Source of the DNA: Candidatus Scybalomonas excrementigallinarum
Lineage (GTDB): Bacteria > Bacillota > Clostridia > Lachnospirales > Lachnospiraceae
Direction: 5' to 3'
DNA length: 64,000 bases
Assembly: GCA_018710905.1 (NCBI GenBank)
Contig: DVIZ01000074.1
Coordinates: 3,142 to 67,141, forward strand
Under the pieces are notes generated by a model, which did no database searches, had not been told where the DNA came from, and was given only the letters and a program-made list of their open reading frames with translations. Both the position numbers and the translations under genes were made by a program. Below, piece after piece: positions 38,029 to 47,917 of the stretch. How positions within the stretch are numbered: position 1 is the first letter of the stretch; each line of letters opens with the position of its first letter.

Positions 38029-39783
38029 TCATGTTTTTGCAAACTGGCTTTCATAAAGAGTTTTATAAAAACCACCTTGTTCTAATAACGTTTCATGGGT
38101 TCCTTTTTCAATTATTTTTCCATCTTTCATCACAAGAATCAAGTCTGCCTCTTTAATAGTAGAAAGGCGATGAGCGACAATAAAACTTGTTCTTCCTTCC
38201 ATCATTTTTTCAAAGGCCTTTTGTACTAAAATTTCTGTTCTTGTATCAATAGAACTAGTGGCCTCATCTAAAATCAGCATTGGCGGAAGACAAAGCATAA
38301 CTCTTGCAATACAAAGCAATTGTTTTTGTCCTCCTGATAAGTTTCCTCCATCTTCCGTAATAATCGTATCATATCCTTTTGGCATTCTCATAATAAAACT
38401 ATGAGCATGGGCGGATTTTGCTGCTTCGATTATCTCTTCTTCTGTGACACCTTCATGTCCATAGGCAATATTTTCCCGAATCGTTCCTGTCTTTAACCAT
38501 GTCTCTTGTAACACCATTCCAAAATTTTTACGAACACTTTCTTTTGTCACCGATGCTACATCGACCCCATCAATCGAAATCGTTCCTTTTTTCGGATCAT
38601 AAAACCGCATTAATAAATTGATCATCGTACTCTTACCACATCCTGTTGGACCTACAATGGCAATCCTTTGTCCTTTTTTCACAGACACTGTTAAATCTTC
38701 AATTAAATGCTGGTCTTCTCGATAAGAAAAATCTACATGGGAAATTGAAATATTTCCTTCTACCTGTTCTAATGTAGAAAGTCCTTCTTCCGAAGGCATT
38801 GGCTGTTCATCCATTAATTCAAACACTCGTGATGCCGATGCTAACGCATTTTGAAGTTCTGTTACGACACCAGAAATTTCATTAAACGGTTTTGTATATT
38901 GGTTGGCGTAACTTAAAAAACAAGTGAGCTGTCCAACAGAAAGCACTCCTTGAATGACAGAAAAAGCTCCTACAACAGCAACTGCTGCATATACAAGACC
39001 ATTGACAAAACGAGTGGCTGGATTGGTAAGAGAAGAGAAAAATGTAGCTTTTAAACTACATAGTTTCAGCTTCTCATTAATAGTTACAAATCGTTCTTCC
39101 GCTTCTTTTTCATATCCAAACGCCTTTACAATCTTTTGATTTCCAACCATTTCATTGACTAAGTCTGTTAACTCTCCCCTTGCTTCTGACTGAGCCTTAA
39201 ACATCGTAAATGTTTTTTTTGCAATAAAGGCTGCGACTAGCATGGAAATCGGCGTCACTAAAACAACAACAATGGTAATTGTTACATTTTCATAGAGCAT
39301 AAAACCTAGCGTACTTAAAATCGTAAGAACACCTGTAAATAGCTGTGTAAATCCCATTAAAAGTCCATCGGAAAACTGGTCGATATCCGCAATGACACGG
39401 CTAATAATATCTCCGTGAGGGTGTTGATCCATATACCCCACTGGCAACTGTTGTAAATGACGAAATGCCTTTGTTCGAATATCTTTTACTACTTTGTAAG
39501 TCACATAGTTATTAATTACATTCATAAGCCATTGAGAAAGGGCTGTTAATAAAAGAACAACAACCATTTTTTCAAAAATGTGAAACAGTCCTTTAAAATC
39601 TACTAATCCTTTTCCAACCACATGATCCACCGTATTTCCAATGAGGATTGGCATATAAAGTGTGAAAGCAACGGTAATTCCTGCTAACACTAAGGAAAAT
39701 AATACAAATATTTTATAGACACCAATAAACTTTAAAATTCTTTTTAATGAGGAATGATGTGCCTTTAACCGTGATCGCTTCAT
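38029..39783 (-). CDS. ABC exporter, fused permease/ATPase (consensus-site half of a heterodimer)
   Basis: Walker A GPTGCGKST, LSGGQKQLL, and Walker B ILDEATSSID with the catalytic Glu. The start overlaps the upstream stop as ATGA. Confidence 0.9.
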   Translation of the reverse strand: MKRSRLKAHHSSLKRILKFIGVYKIFVLFSLVLAGITVAFTLYMPILIGNTVDHVVGKGLVDFKGLFHIFEKMVVVLLLTALSQWLMNVINNYVTYKVVKDIRTKAFRHLQQLPVGYMDQHPHGDIISRVIADIDQFSDGLLMGFTQLFTGVLTILSTLGFMLYENVTITIVVVLVTPISMLVAAFIAKKTFTMFKAQSEARGELTDLVNEMVGNQKIVKAFGYEKEAEERFVTINEKLKLCSLKATFFSSLTNPATRFVNGLVYAAVAVVGAFSVIQGVLSVGQLTCFLSYANQYTKPFNEISGVVTELQNALASASRVFELMDEQPMPSEEGLSTLEQVEGNISISHVDFSYREDQHLIEDLTVSVKKGQRIAIVGPTGCGKSTMINLLMRFYDPKKGTISIDGVDVASVTKESVRKNFGMVLQETWLKTGTIRENIAYGHEGVTEEEIIEAAKSAHAHSFIMRMPKGYDTIITEDGGNLSGGQKQLLCIARVMLCLPPMLILDEATSSIDTRTEILVQKAFEKMMEGRTSFIVAHRLSTIKEADLILVMKDGKIIEKGTHETLLEQGGFYKTLYESQFAKT

Positions 39784-41507
39784 CGTGCCACCTCCTCTTT
39801 TGAAAGCTGAGAAAGACAAATCTCTTGATAAACATTACAAGTTTTCAATAACTCTTCATGGGTTCCAATCCCTGCCATTTTACCATCATCTAACACTAAA
39901 ATCTGATCCGCATATCGAATGGATGATGCTCTTTGTGACACTAAAAATACTGTCATCCCCTTTGTTTCCTCTTTTATCGCCTTACGAAGTTTTGCATCTG
40001 TGGCAAAATCAAGAGCCGAAGAACTATCATCTAAAATCAAGATTTCTGGTTGTTTTACTAAAGCTCTTGCGATTGTTAGACGCTGTCTTTGTCCACCAGA
40101 TAAGTTTTTACCGCCTTGTTGTATTGGATAATCCAAGCCATTTTCTTTTACAAAATCTCCAGCCTGTGCAATGGAAAGTGCCTTTTGAATTTCTTCATCG
40201 GTAGCTTCTTTTTTTCCCCACTTCATATTATCGCGAATGGTTCCTTTAAATAACACTGCCTTTTGTGGCACTATTCCTATTTTTTCTCTTAACTGATCGT
40301 TTGGGTACTCTTTTACATCGATTCCATTTATCAGTACCTGTCCTGATGTTCTATCATAAAATCTTGGAATTAAATGAATGACAGAAGATTTTCCTGAACC
40401 TGTGCCTCCAATAATTCCTATAGTCTGCCCTTTTTTTGCCACAAAATGAATATCATGCAAAGCTTCTGCCTGCATAGAGCTATAGGCAAAACTCACATGA
40501 CGAAATTCTACCGCAACAGAATCTCCTTGTTCCTCCAGCCATTTTGTCTGTTTCTCTTCAATACTTGGCTTCATTTCTAACACGGTGCAAATACGATTCC
40601 CACAGGCAACTGCTTTTGTCGTTGTTACAATTAAATTGGCTAGCTTAATTAACTCCACAAGAATCTGGGACATATAGTTGGTAAGTGCCACCACTTCACC
40701 TTGAGAGATGACACCAGAGTTTACTTCTTTTGCTCCAACCCAAATAACCGCAATAAGCCCTAAATTAATAATGCTATAAGTCAACGGATTTAATAGTCCA
40801 GAAATTCTTCCAACTACCTTTTGTAACTGTAATAACCTATTGTTTTCTTCTTCAAAATTCTCTTCTTCTTTTTTTTGCTGATTAAATGCACGAATCACGC
40901 GGACACCAACAAGTGTTTCTCTCGTTGCTAATGTAATCCGATCAAGACGCGCTTGCACTGTTTTATAAAGTGGCATACTCACTGCCATAATTCCAAACAC
41001 CACAATGGATAACACTGGAATTGTCACTACAAACACAAGTGCTACCTTTACATTGACCGTAAATGCCATGATCATTGCACCAAATACAATAAAAGGAGAG
41101 CGTAAAAATAAGCGAAGTACTAAATTAACTCCCGATTGTACTTGATTAATATCACTTGTCATTCTCGTAATTAAAGTGGCAGTCCCAGCTTCATCAATCT
41201 CTTGATAAGAAAGGCGATTTAAATGAGCAAACAAATGATTTCTAAGTTCTGTTCCAAATCCTACTGCCGCTTTTGCTGCAAAATATTGTGCTGTAATCGA
41301 GCAGATTAATCCTATGACACCAAGCAGTAAAAGAAGGCCTCCCATTACGAGAACATAATTTTTATCTTGATTTTTAATACCTGTATCAATAATTCCTGCT
41401 ACCACTAAAGGAACAAATAATTCAAAACTTGCCTCTAATAGCTTAAATAAAGGCCCTAAAATACTTTCTTTTTTATAATTTCCCAAAAATCTCAGAAGTT
41501 TTCTCAT
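39780..41507 (-). CDS. ABC exporter, fused permease/ATPase (degenerate-site half)
   Basis: Walker A GGTGSGKSS and LSGGQRQRL. Walker B is ILDDSSSALD, so Asp replaces the catalytic Glu. Confidence 0.9.
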   Translation of the reverse strand: MRKLLRFLGNYKKESILGPLFKLLEASFELFVPLVVAGIIDTGIKNQDKNYVLVMGGLLLLLGVIGLICSITAQYFAAKAAVGFGTELRNHLFAHLNRLSYQEIDEAGTATLITRMTSDINQVQSGVNLVLRLFLRSPFIVFGAMIMAFTVNVKVALVFVVTIPVLSIVVFGIMAVSMPLYKTVQARLDRITLATRETLVGVRVIRAFNQQKKEEENFEEENNRLLQLQKVVGRISGLLNPLTYSIINLGLIAVIWVGAKEVNSGVISQGEVVALTNYMSQILVELIKLANLIVTTTKAVACGNRICTVLEMKPSIEEKQTKWLEEQGDSVAVEFRHVSFAYSSMQAEALHDIHFVAKKGQTIGIIGGTGSGKSSVIHLIPRFYDRTSGQVLINGIDVKEYPNDQLREKIGIVPQKAVLFKGTIRDNMKWGKKEATDEEIQKALSIAQAGDFVKENGLDYPIQQGGKNLSGGQRQRLTIARALVKQPEILILDDSSSALDFATDAKLRKAIKEETKGMTVFLVSQRASSIRYADQILVLDDGKMAGIGTHEELLKTCNVYQEICLSQLSKEEVAR

Positions 41508-41532
41508 ATTCTGTCCTCTGTTTTCTTCTACT

Positions 41533-42003
41533 TCATTCTCCTAGTTTGTGATCCAGTTTTTTATTGACGGTCAACTCCATATTTTCCAAATTGGCAGACA
41601 TTTTTTGAAGTCCTTTTACAATAAATTCCATATCTTCATTGGAAAATCCACGCCAAAGAATTTCGTCCACTTTTTTAAAGCCTCGATGGACTTCTTCTGC
41701 TTTCTTGCGACCAAATTCTGTCAATACAATTAAGTACGATCTTCTACATCCTGGCTTCCTTTCTCTTGTTAAAAAACCAGCTTCTACCATACGATCTAAT
41801 GTCCTTGACATATTCGTTACATCCATCTCACACTGATCCGCTAATTCTCTTTGTGAAATATGATCCTTTTTTAATAATGTATTTAAAATTCTTGGCTGTC
41901 CTTGCCCTAATGTCAATCCAATTTCTTGAAAATAGGGTTTTAAAAGACGCTTTCGATTTGACTCTAGCTGAAGCAATACTTCACGAACTGTGGCCCTCTC
42001 CAT
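41533..42003 (-). CDS. MarR family transcriptional regulator
   Basis: Winged-HTH pattern (ISQRELADQCEMDVTNMSRTLDRMVEAGFLTRE). Confidence 0.85.
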   Translation of the reverse strand: MERATVREVLLQLESNRKRLLKPYFQEIGLTLGQGQPRILNTLLKKDHISQRELADQCEMDVTNMSRTLDRMVEAGFLTRERKPGCRRSYLIVLTEFGRKKAEEVHRGFKKVDEILWRGFSNEDMEFIVKGLQKMSANLENMELTVNKKLDHKLGE

Positions 42004-42031
42004 CGGACCACCTCCTTTCTTTTTCTCACTC

Positions 42032-43888
42032 TTATTCTAATTCAAATTGTCCTGTATATAATTGATAATATCTTCCTTGTTGTTGTACTAATTCTTCGTG
42101 ATCACCACGCTCAATGATTTCTCCTTGTTCAAGCACCATAATCGCCTCTGAATTTCGCACAGTGGACAGTCGATGAGCAATGACAAATACCGTACGATCT
42201 TTCATCAAAGCATCCATTCCTTTTTCAATTAAACGCTCTGTTCTCGTATCAATGGAACTGGTGGCCTCATCTAAAATTAAAACAGGAGGCCTTGCAATGG
42301 CCGCTCTTGCAATGGCAAGCAACTGTCGTTGTCCTTGCGATAGGTTGCTACCGTCACTATAAAGCATCGTATCATATCCTTCTGGTAATCTACGAATAAA
42401 GGAATCGGCATTCGCAATTTTTGCCGCATTTTTTACCTCTTCATCGCTTGCATCCAATTTTCCATAGCGGATATTATCGGCAATCGTTCCCGTAAATAAA
42501 TGAGTATCTTGAATTACCATAGAAAGAGAACGTCTTAAATCATCTTTTTTAATTTCTCGAATATCAATGCCATCGTAAGTAATCGTTCCACCATTAATTT
42601 CATAAAAACGATTCACTAAGTTAATAATTGTTGTTTTTCCTGCACCAGTAGAACCGACAAATGCAATTTTTTGTCCTGGTTTTGCATAAAGAGAAATTTT
42701 ATTTAAAATCACCTTTTTCTCATTGTACCCAAAAACAACATCGTGAAATCTCACATCGCCTTTTAATGGTACAAAAGAACTGCCATCTTTTTTCTTCCAA
42801 GCAAAAATACTGTCTTTCTCCTCTTCTTTGGCTTCCCTAAATTCTCCATTTTTGTCAACCTTTACTTTACAAAGAGTTACCGTTCCTTCATCGATTTCGA
42901 CTTCCTCTTCCATCATTTCAAACACGCGCTCTGCACCTGATAACGCGGATAAAATAAAGTTCATCTGCTGTGTGAACTGGTTCATTGGCATGGCACTTTG
43001 GCGCACATAAATCAAGTAAGATGCAAGACTTCCAATATCAAATAACCCTGCTAATACAAAAAGTCCACCAATGCAAGCGGAAAATGCATAGTTTGCATAA
43101 GAAAGACTGACGATGGTTGGAACCATTCTTCCTGAATAGGTAAGAGCTTTTGTAGAGGCCTTTCGCAACGCTTCGTTTCTTCTACAAAACTCTTCAAAGT
43201 CTTGCTCTTCATGATTGAATACTTTTTCCACTTTTTGTCCTGCTACCATTTCCTCTATAAAACCATTGATGCTTCCTAGACATTTTTGTTGTTCACTAAA
43301 AAATTTCCGACTTCTTCTTCCATTATATTTAATAAATAAAAACATTAAAAATAAGAAGAAAATAACAATAAGAGAAAGGCGAACATTTAATACTAGGAGC
43401 ATTGCTATTGTTCCTGTAATCGTAATAAAACTTTGAATTAATAGCGCAAAACTATTATTAAGTGCGTCAGTAATCGTATCCACATCATTGGTAAAACGAC
43501 TCATTAACTCTCCATGAGTATGCGCATCAAAATATTTCAGTGGTAACTTCTGTGTGTGATGAAAGAGATCTTGTCGAATTTCACTGACTACCTTTTGTGC
43601 AGTCTTTACCATAATGCGATTATAAAAAAAGGTTGCTAACACACCACAGCCATACATAATTGCCATCCCAATTAACATTTGAACTAATCCTTTTATATTC
43701 CTTGGGAGAATATAGTTGTTGATGACTGGCTTCAATAAATAAGTCCCTAATATATTTGCTCCACTGCTGATCACAACTAAAATTGCTACAACAAGAAGTG
43801 ACCACTTATAATGTCCAAGATAGGCAAGCAATTTTTGCAATGTCTTTTTTGTATCTTTTGGTCGTTTATATCCAATAACTTTTGCCAT
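42032..43888 (-). CDS. ABC exporter, fused permease/ATPase (consensus Walker B, degenerate signature)
   Basis: Walker A GSTGAGKTT, signature LSQGQRQLL and ILDEATSSID. Confidence 0.9.
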   Translation of the reverse strand: MAKVIGYKRPKDTKKTLQKLLAYLGHYKWSLLVVAILVVISSGANILGTYLLKPVINNYILPRNIKGLVQMLIGMAIMYGCGVLATFFYNRIMVKTAQKVVSEIRQDLFHHTQKLPLKYFDAHTHGELMSRFTNDVDTITDALNNSFALLIQSFITITGTIAMLLVLNVRLSLIVIFFLFLMFLFIKYNGRRSRKFFSEQQKCLGSINGFIEEMVAGQKVEKVFNHEEQDFEEFCRRNEALRKASTKALTYSGRMVPTIVSLSYANYAFSACIGGLFVLAGLFDIGSLASYLIYVRQSAMPMNQFTQQMNFILSALSGAERVFEMMEEEVEIDEGTVTLCKVKVDKNGEFREAKEEEKDSIFAWKKKDGSSFVPLKGDVRFHDVVFGYNEKKVILNKISLYAKPGQKIAFVGSTGAGKTTIINLVNRFYEINGGTITYDGIDIREIKKDDLRRSLSMVIQDTHLFTGTIADNIRYGKLDASDEEVKNAAKIANADSFIRRLPEGYDTMLYSDGSNLSQGQRQLLAIARAAIARPPVLILDEATSSIDTRTERLIEKGMDALMKDRTVFVIAHRLSTVRNSEAIMVLEQGEIIERGDHEELVQQQGRYYQLYTGQFELE

Positions 43889-45615
43889 TATAATCCTGCT
43901 CCTTCCTGTTGAGAGTAATAAATATCTTGATAAATCTCATTGGTTTTCAACAATGTTTCATGATCACCAATGGCATTTACTTTTCCATTATCCAAAATAA
44001 TAATCTGATCTGCATGAAGTACCGATGTAATTCTTTGGGCAATAATAATTTTCGTCGTATCCGCCAATGTCTTTTGAAGACCTTCTCGAATCTTTCCTTC
44101 TGTGGCAGTATCTACTGCACTTGTAGAATCATCTAAAATTAATACTTTTGGACGTTTTAAAATCGCTCTTGCAATGCAAAGTCGTTGTTTTTGTCCTCCA
44201 GATACATTGCTTCCTCCTTGCCCAAGCTCTGTATCATATCCATCTTTTAACCGATCGATAAATTCATCCACACAAGCGATGGCACAAGCCTCCTCGATCT
44301 CTTGATCCGTAGCATTTTCTTTTCCCCAACGAAGATTTTCCTTCACCGTTCCACTAAACAATGTATTTTTTTGTAACACCATAGCAATGGCATCCCTTAA
44401 ATGAGTTAACTTATATTGCTGGATTGGTTTTCCATCAATATAAATCTGCCCCTCCGTGGCATCATAAAGCCTTGGAATTAACTGTACAAGCGTTGATTTT
44501 GCAGAACCTGTTTGGCCGATAATTCCAACTGTTTGACCTGCTTTAATGTGAAAAGAGATATTGGACAACACTTTTTCCTTCGCTTTTTCTTTATATTTGA
44601 AGGAAACGTTTTCAAACACAATCTCTCCTCGTTCCACTGTAATATCAGTTGCATCCTCATCAGTCAATGTCACTTTTTCGTCCATCACTTCCATAATACG
44701 TCTTCCAGAAGTCAAGGCACGAGTCATCATAAGAAAGACATTCGAAATCATCATAAGAGAGTTTAAAATTTGAAGAACATAGCTTAAAAATCCTGTTAAC
44801 TCTCCTACTTTCATACTTCCGCCTAAAATTAGTTTGCCACCGAACCATAAAATACATAAAATAGTTGTATACATAACAAGCTGCATGGCTGCCATATTCA
44901 TAGAAGCTAATCGGAAAGCTCTTTCAGAAATTCCACGCCAATTTTGATTGACTTCATAAAATTTCTGCATTTCATAATCGCCTCTTACATAGGCCTTTAC
45001 AACACGAATCGCTGTCAAATTTTCTTGGATAACACGGTTTACTAAGTCAATTGCCCCTTGCATCTTTGCATACAATGGACGCACTTTTCTAATAATTAGA
45101 AATAATAAAATTCCAAGCACAGGAGCTCCAACAAAAAACACCAATGCTAATTGCCAGTTGATATAGATCGATAATCCCAACCCCATAATCATCATAATGG
45201 GTGCGCGACAAGCGGGTCTTAACCCTGTAGAAAATGAGTTTTGAATGGTTGTAATATCACTCGTCAATCGTGTAATTAACGAAGATGTGCGGAATTTATC
45301 CGTATTGGCAAAAGAAAAACTCTGAATCTTTTTATATTCTGCCTTTCGAAGTTCTGCTCCTAGCCCCTGTCCTGCAACTGCTGAAAAATAAGCACTTCCG
45401 ATTCCAAGCCCTAAGGCAATCAAAGCACAAAGAAGCATCATAGCACCTTTTGCGAGAATATAAGCCCTATCTCCTGTGGCAACACCGACATCTACAATAT
45501 CTGCCATAATAAACGGAATGACAAGTTCAAATGCAACTTCTGCTGACACACAAAACATAGCAAGAATTGCAGTCTTCTTATATTTCCCCAAATAGCTTAA
45601 CAATTTTCGAAACAT
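43888..45615 (-). CDS. ABC exporter, fused permease/ATPase (degenerate Walker B half)
   Basis: Walker A GQTGSAKST, VSGGQKQRL and ILDDSTSAVD. Confidence 0.9.
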   Translation of the reverse strand: MFRKLLSYLGKYKKTAILAMFCVSAEVAFELVIPFIMADIVDVGVATGDRAYILAKGAMMLLCALIALGLGIGSAYFSAVAGQGLGAELRKAEYKKIQSFSFANTDKFRTSSLITRLTSDITTIQNSFSTGLRPACRAPIMMIMGLGLSIYINWQLALVFFVGAPVLGILLFLIIRKVRPLYAKMQGAIDLVNRVIQENLTAIRVVKAYVRGDYEMQKFYEVNQNWRGISERAFRLASMNMAAMQLVMYTTILCILWFGGKLILGGSMKVGELTGFLSYVLQILNSLMMISNVFLMMTRALTSGRRIMEVMDEKVTLTDEDATDITVERGEIVFENVSFKYKEKAKEKVLSNISFHIKAGQTVGIIGQTGSAKSTLVQLIPRLYDATEGQIYIDGKPIQQYKLTHLRDAIAMVLQKNTLFSGTVKENLRWGKENATDQEIEEACAIACVDEFIDRLKDGYDTELGQGGSNVSGGQKQRLCIARAILKRPKVLILDDSTSAVDTATEGKIREGLQKTLADTTKIIIAQRITSVLHADQIIILDNGKVNAIGDHETLLKTNEIYQDIYYSQQEGAGL

Positions 45616-45693
45616 ATGTCTCCTCCTAACATTTTTATTCTATTACTATCCTACATTTTCTTTCTAAAACAGACATTTAATTATGCATTTGCA

Positions 45694-45713
45694 ATAGTTG
45701 TATTAGCAACTAT
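45694..45713. promoter_or_regulatory. candidate operator palindrome upstream of the ABC/MarR operon
   Basis: ATAGTTG-TATTAG-CAACTAT (7-6-7 inverted repeat) lies about 80 nt upstream of the first ABC start. Confidence 0.35.
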
Positions 45714-45847
45714 CAATTATAGTATTCATCCCATAAAAAGTCAATGAGAGAAATTACTCATACTTTTCCTAGTAACGATAAAAAGAGCTGGAAAATCCAA
45801 CTCTTTTTATCAAGGCATCATTCACTTTTCCATAAACGCTCTCTTTT

Positions 45848-47902
45848 CTACATAGTCGCCAATAAATAAACTAGTGTGATCATCAAACCAACACAAGCCA
45901 TTAAAAGGCCAAAGGAAACACTTCTTCCAACTAATCGATTTGTTCTCTTTGCTTCTATTCTAGCAAAAGCAAATAATTCTACAAACGATTTCTTAATGGG
46001 TTTTTTCTTACAAATTGTCTTATTGAGTCCAACGACAACTTCATCTACCATTCGTCCTAAGAAATCGGTAAATTTCGAACCAATTGGCACATATTGTCTT
46101 GTCTTTGCTGGTTTTAACACGGTCTGATGAAGAAAAACAACAAATCCATCGGTAAACCTTGAAAGGATACGACAGAAAAAGGCCATGATAAACGGAAGAA
46201 AACTCAATAAAACAGGACGATAAAGACCATTTTCTAAATCAAGCCATTTTGGCCAACAATCGAAATATTGATATCCTTGCTCTTCTTTTTTCATCAACTT
46301 TTTTCGAATAAAGAAAAAATAGACAAGCAATCCAATGGCGATGGAAATCATAGCTCCTCTTAGATTCACAAAAGAAAAATAAGCAATCCGATGCCATTCT
46401 TTCTCATAAAAGAATCCTTTTACATATTCTGCTATTGGATCCATCATAATCCTTGGCAAAAGTCCCATGCATAATAAAAGAAATGCCGTAACTCCAATGG
46501 CAATTCGTCCCATCGGATTTAAATAAGAGCCTTTCTCCCATGGCTGTTTCCCTTTTTCATAAAAAATAGCAAGCCCTGCCTTCAATATATAAGCAAATGT
46601 AAGTCCTCCTGTTATTAAAAAGAGCCATTCCACGATGGATAACAGACTTCCTAACTCCGTTTTTGCCATTATGAGACTGCCTTCCACAATACTTTCATGT
46701 AACAGTGTCTTACTCACATAACCGCTAAACAGAGGAATTCCACTAATGCCCAATCCTGCAATCGTATAACAGATTTTTAAAAATGGCTTTCCATATCCAA
46801 ATCCTTCTATTTGATTCAAATCCAATTGATGTGTATTTTGGTAAATCGCCCCTGCAATTAAAAAAAGTGTTAATTTAAACAAAGAATGATTTACCATATG
46901 AAGCACCGTTCCTTGCACTGCTAGACTACCTTCTTTACCAAGAATTCCAATCATGGCACATCCAACTAGAATAAACCCTATTTGTGACACAGAAGAACAA
47001 GCAAAAATACGTTTTAAATCAATACTAAACACCGCAAGTATTGCCCCAACTAGCATAGTGATGCTTCCAAGTAACAAAAGAATCGTTGCAAATAGTCTAT
47101 CCTCAAAAAATACGGATAAGCATAGGAGCAATACACCATAAATTCCTGTTTTCGTTAAAATTCCAGATAATAAAGCAGAAGCTGGTGCTGGTGCTACAGG
47201 GTGAGATTTCGGCAACCAAATGTGCAACGGAAACATTCCTGCCTTTGCTCCAAATCCAAACAACATGCAACTACCTGCCACAAAAACTGTGGCATTTCTC
47301 TTTTCCAGAAATAAACGATGAACCGCCTCAAAATCAAGACTTCCTGCTTCATAATACAATAAAAATAGTCCCATCAGTAAAACCATACCGCCAATAATCG
47401 CAATGGCCATATACGTTTCCCCTGCACGAATCGCTTCTTTTGTCTCTTCTTGTACCACCCATACATAAGAAGCCAATGACATCAATTCAAAGAAAATATA
47501 AAGGGTGAAAAAATCATTGGATAAAAATACTCCTATGGTAGCTCCTAGTGTAAACAATAAGAAGAAATAATATCGGTTCCGATTTTGGTGATGCTTAAAA
47601 TATTCTTTTGAAAAAATCGTAGACATAAACCACATATAAATCGCAATGCCACTATAGAGAATCCGAAATTCATCCAATCGAAACGAAACTCCAAGTCCAC
47701 AGACATTTGGCAATACCAGTTCCATTGCCATTCCTTCTTTATAAAATTCCCAAACAGCTAGTAAATATAAGAAAATCTCAATTCCTATCATAATATCTGC
47801 CACACTGTTTCGAATTCGACTATGTTTTCTCCCAATGGTAAAGCAAAAAACTGCACTAAGACAAGGCCATAAAATAAGTGCTACTATTATTTTTTCATTC
47901 AT
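45848..47902 (-). CDS. MrpA/NuoL-type antiporter-like subunit with C-terminal lateral-helix-like extension
   Basis: Proton-conducting membrane transporter core (WLP.SHPVAPAPASALLSG). It is followed by an amphipathic, basic stretch of about 90 aa and a final TM anchor. Confidence 0.75.
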   Translation of the reverse strand: MNEKIIVALILWPCLSAVFCFTIGRKHSRIRNSVADIMIGIEIFLYLLAVWEFYKEGMAMELVLPNVCGLGVSFRLDEFRILYSGIAIYMWFMSTIFSKEYFKHHQNRNRYYFFLLFTLGATIGVFLSNDFFTLYIFFELMSLASYVWVVQEETKEAIRAGETYMAIAIIGGMVLLMGLFLLYYEAGSLDFEAVHRLFLEKRNATVFVAGSCMLFGFGAKAGMFPLHIWLPKSHPVAPAPASALLSGILTKTGIYGVLLLCLSVFFEDRLFATILLLLGSITMLVGAILAVFSIDLKRIFACSSVSQIGFILVGCAMIGILGKEGSLAVQGTVLHMVNHSLFKLTLFLIAGAIYQNTHQLDLNQIEGFGYGKPFLKICYTIAGLGISGIPLFSGYVSKTLLHESIVEGSLIMAKTELGSLLSIVEWLFLITGGLTFAYILKAGLAIFYEKGKQPWEKGSYLNPMGRIAIGVTAFLLLCMGLLPRIMMDPIAEYVKGFFYEKEWHRIAYFSFVNLRGAMISIAIGLLVYFFFIRKKLMKKEEQGYQYFDCWPKWLDLENGLYRPVLLSFLPFIMAFFCRILSRFTDGFVVFLHQTVLKPAKTRQYVPIGSKFTDFLGRMVDEVVVGLNKTICKKKPIKKSFVELFAFARIEAKRTNRLVGRSVSFGLLMACVGLMITLVYLLATM

Positions 47903-47917
47903 TGTTCTTTTCCCTCC

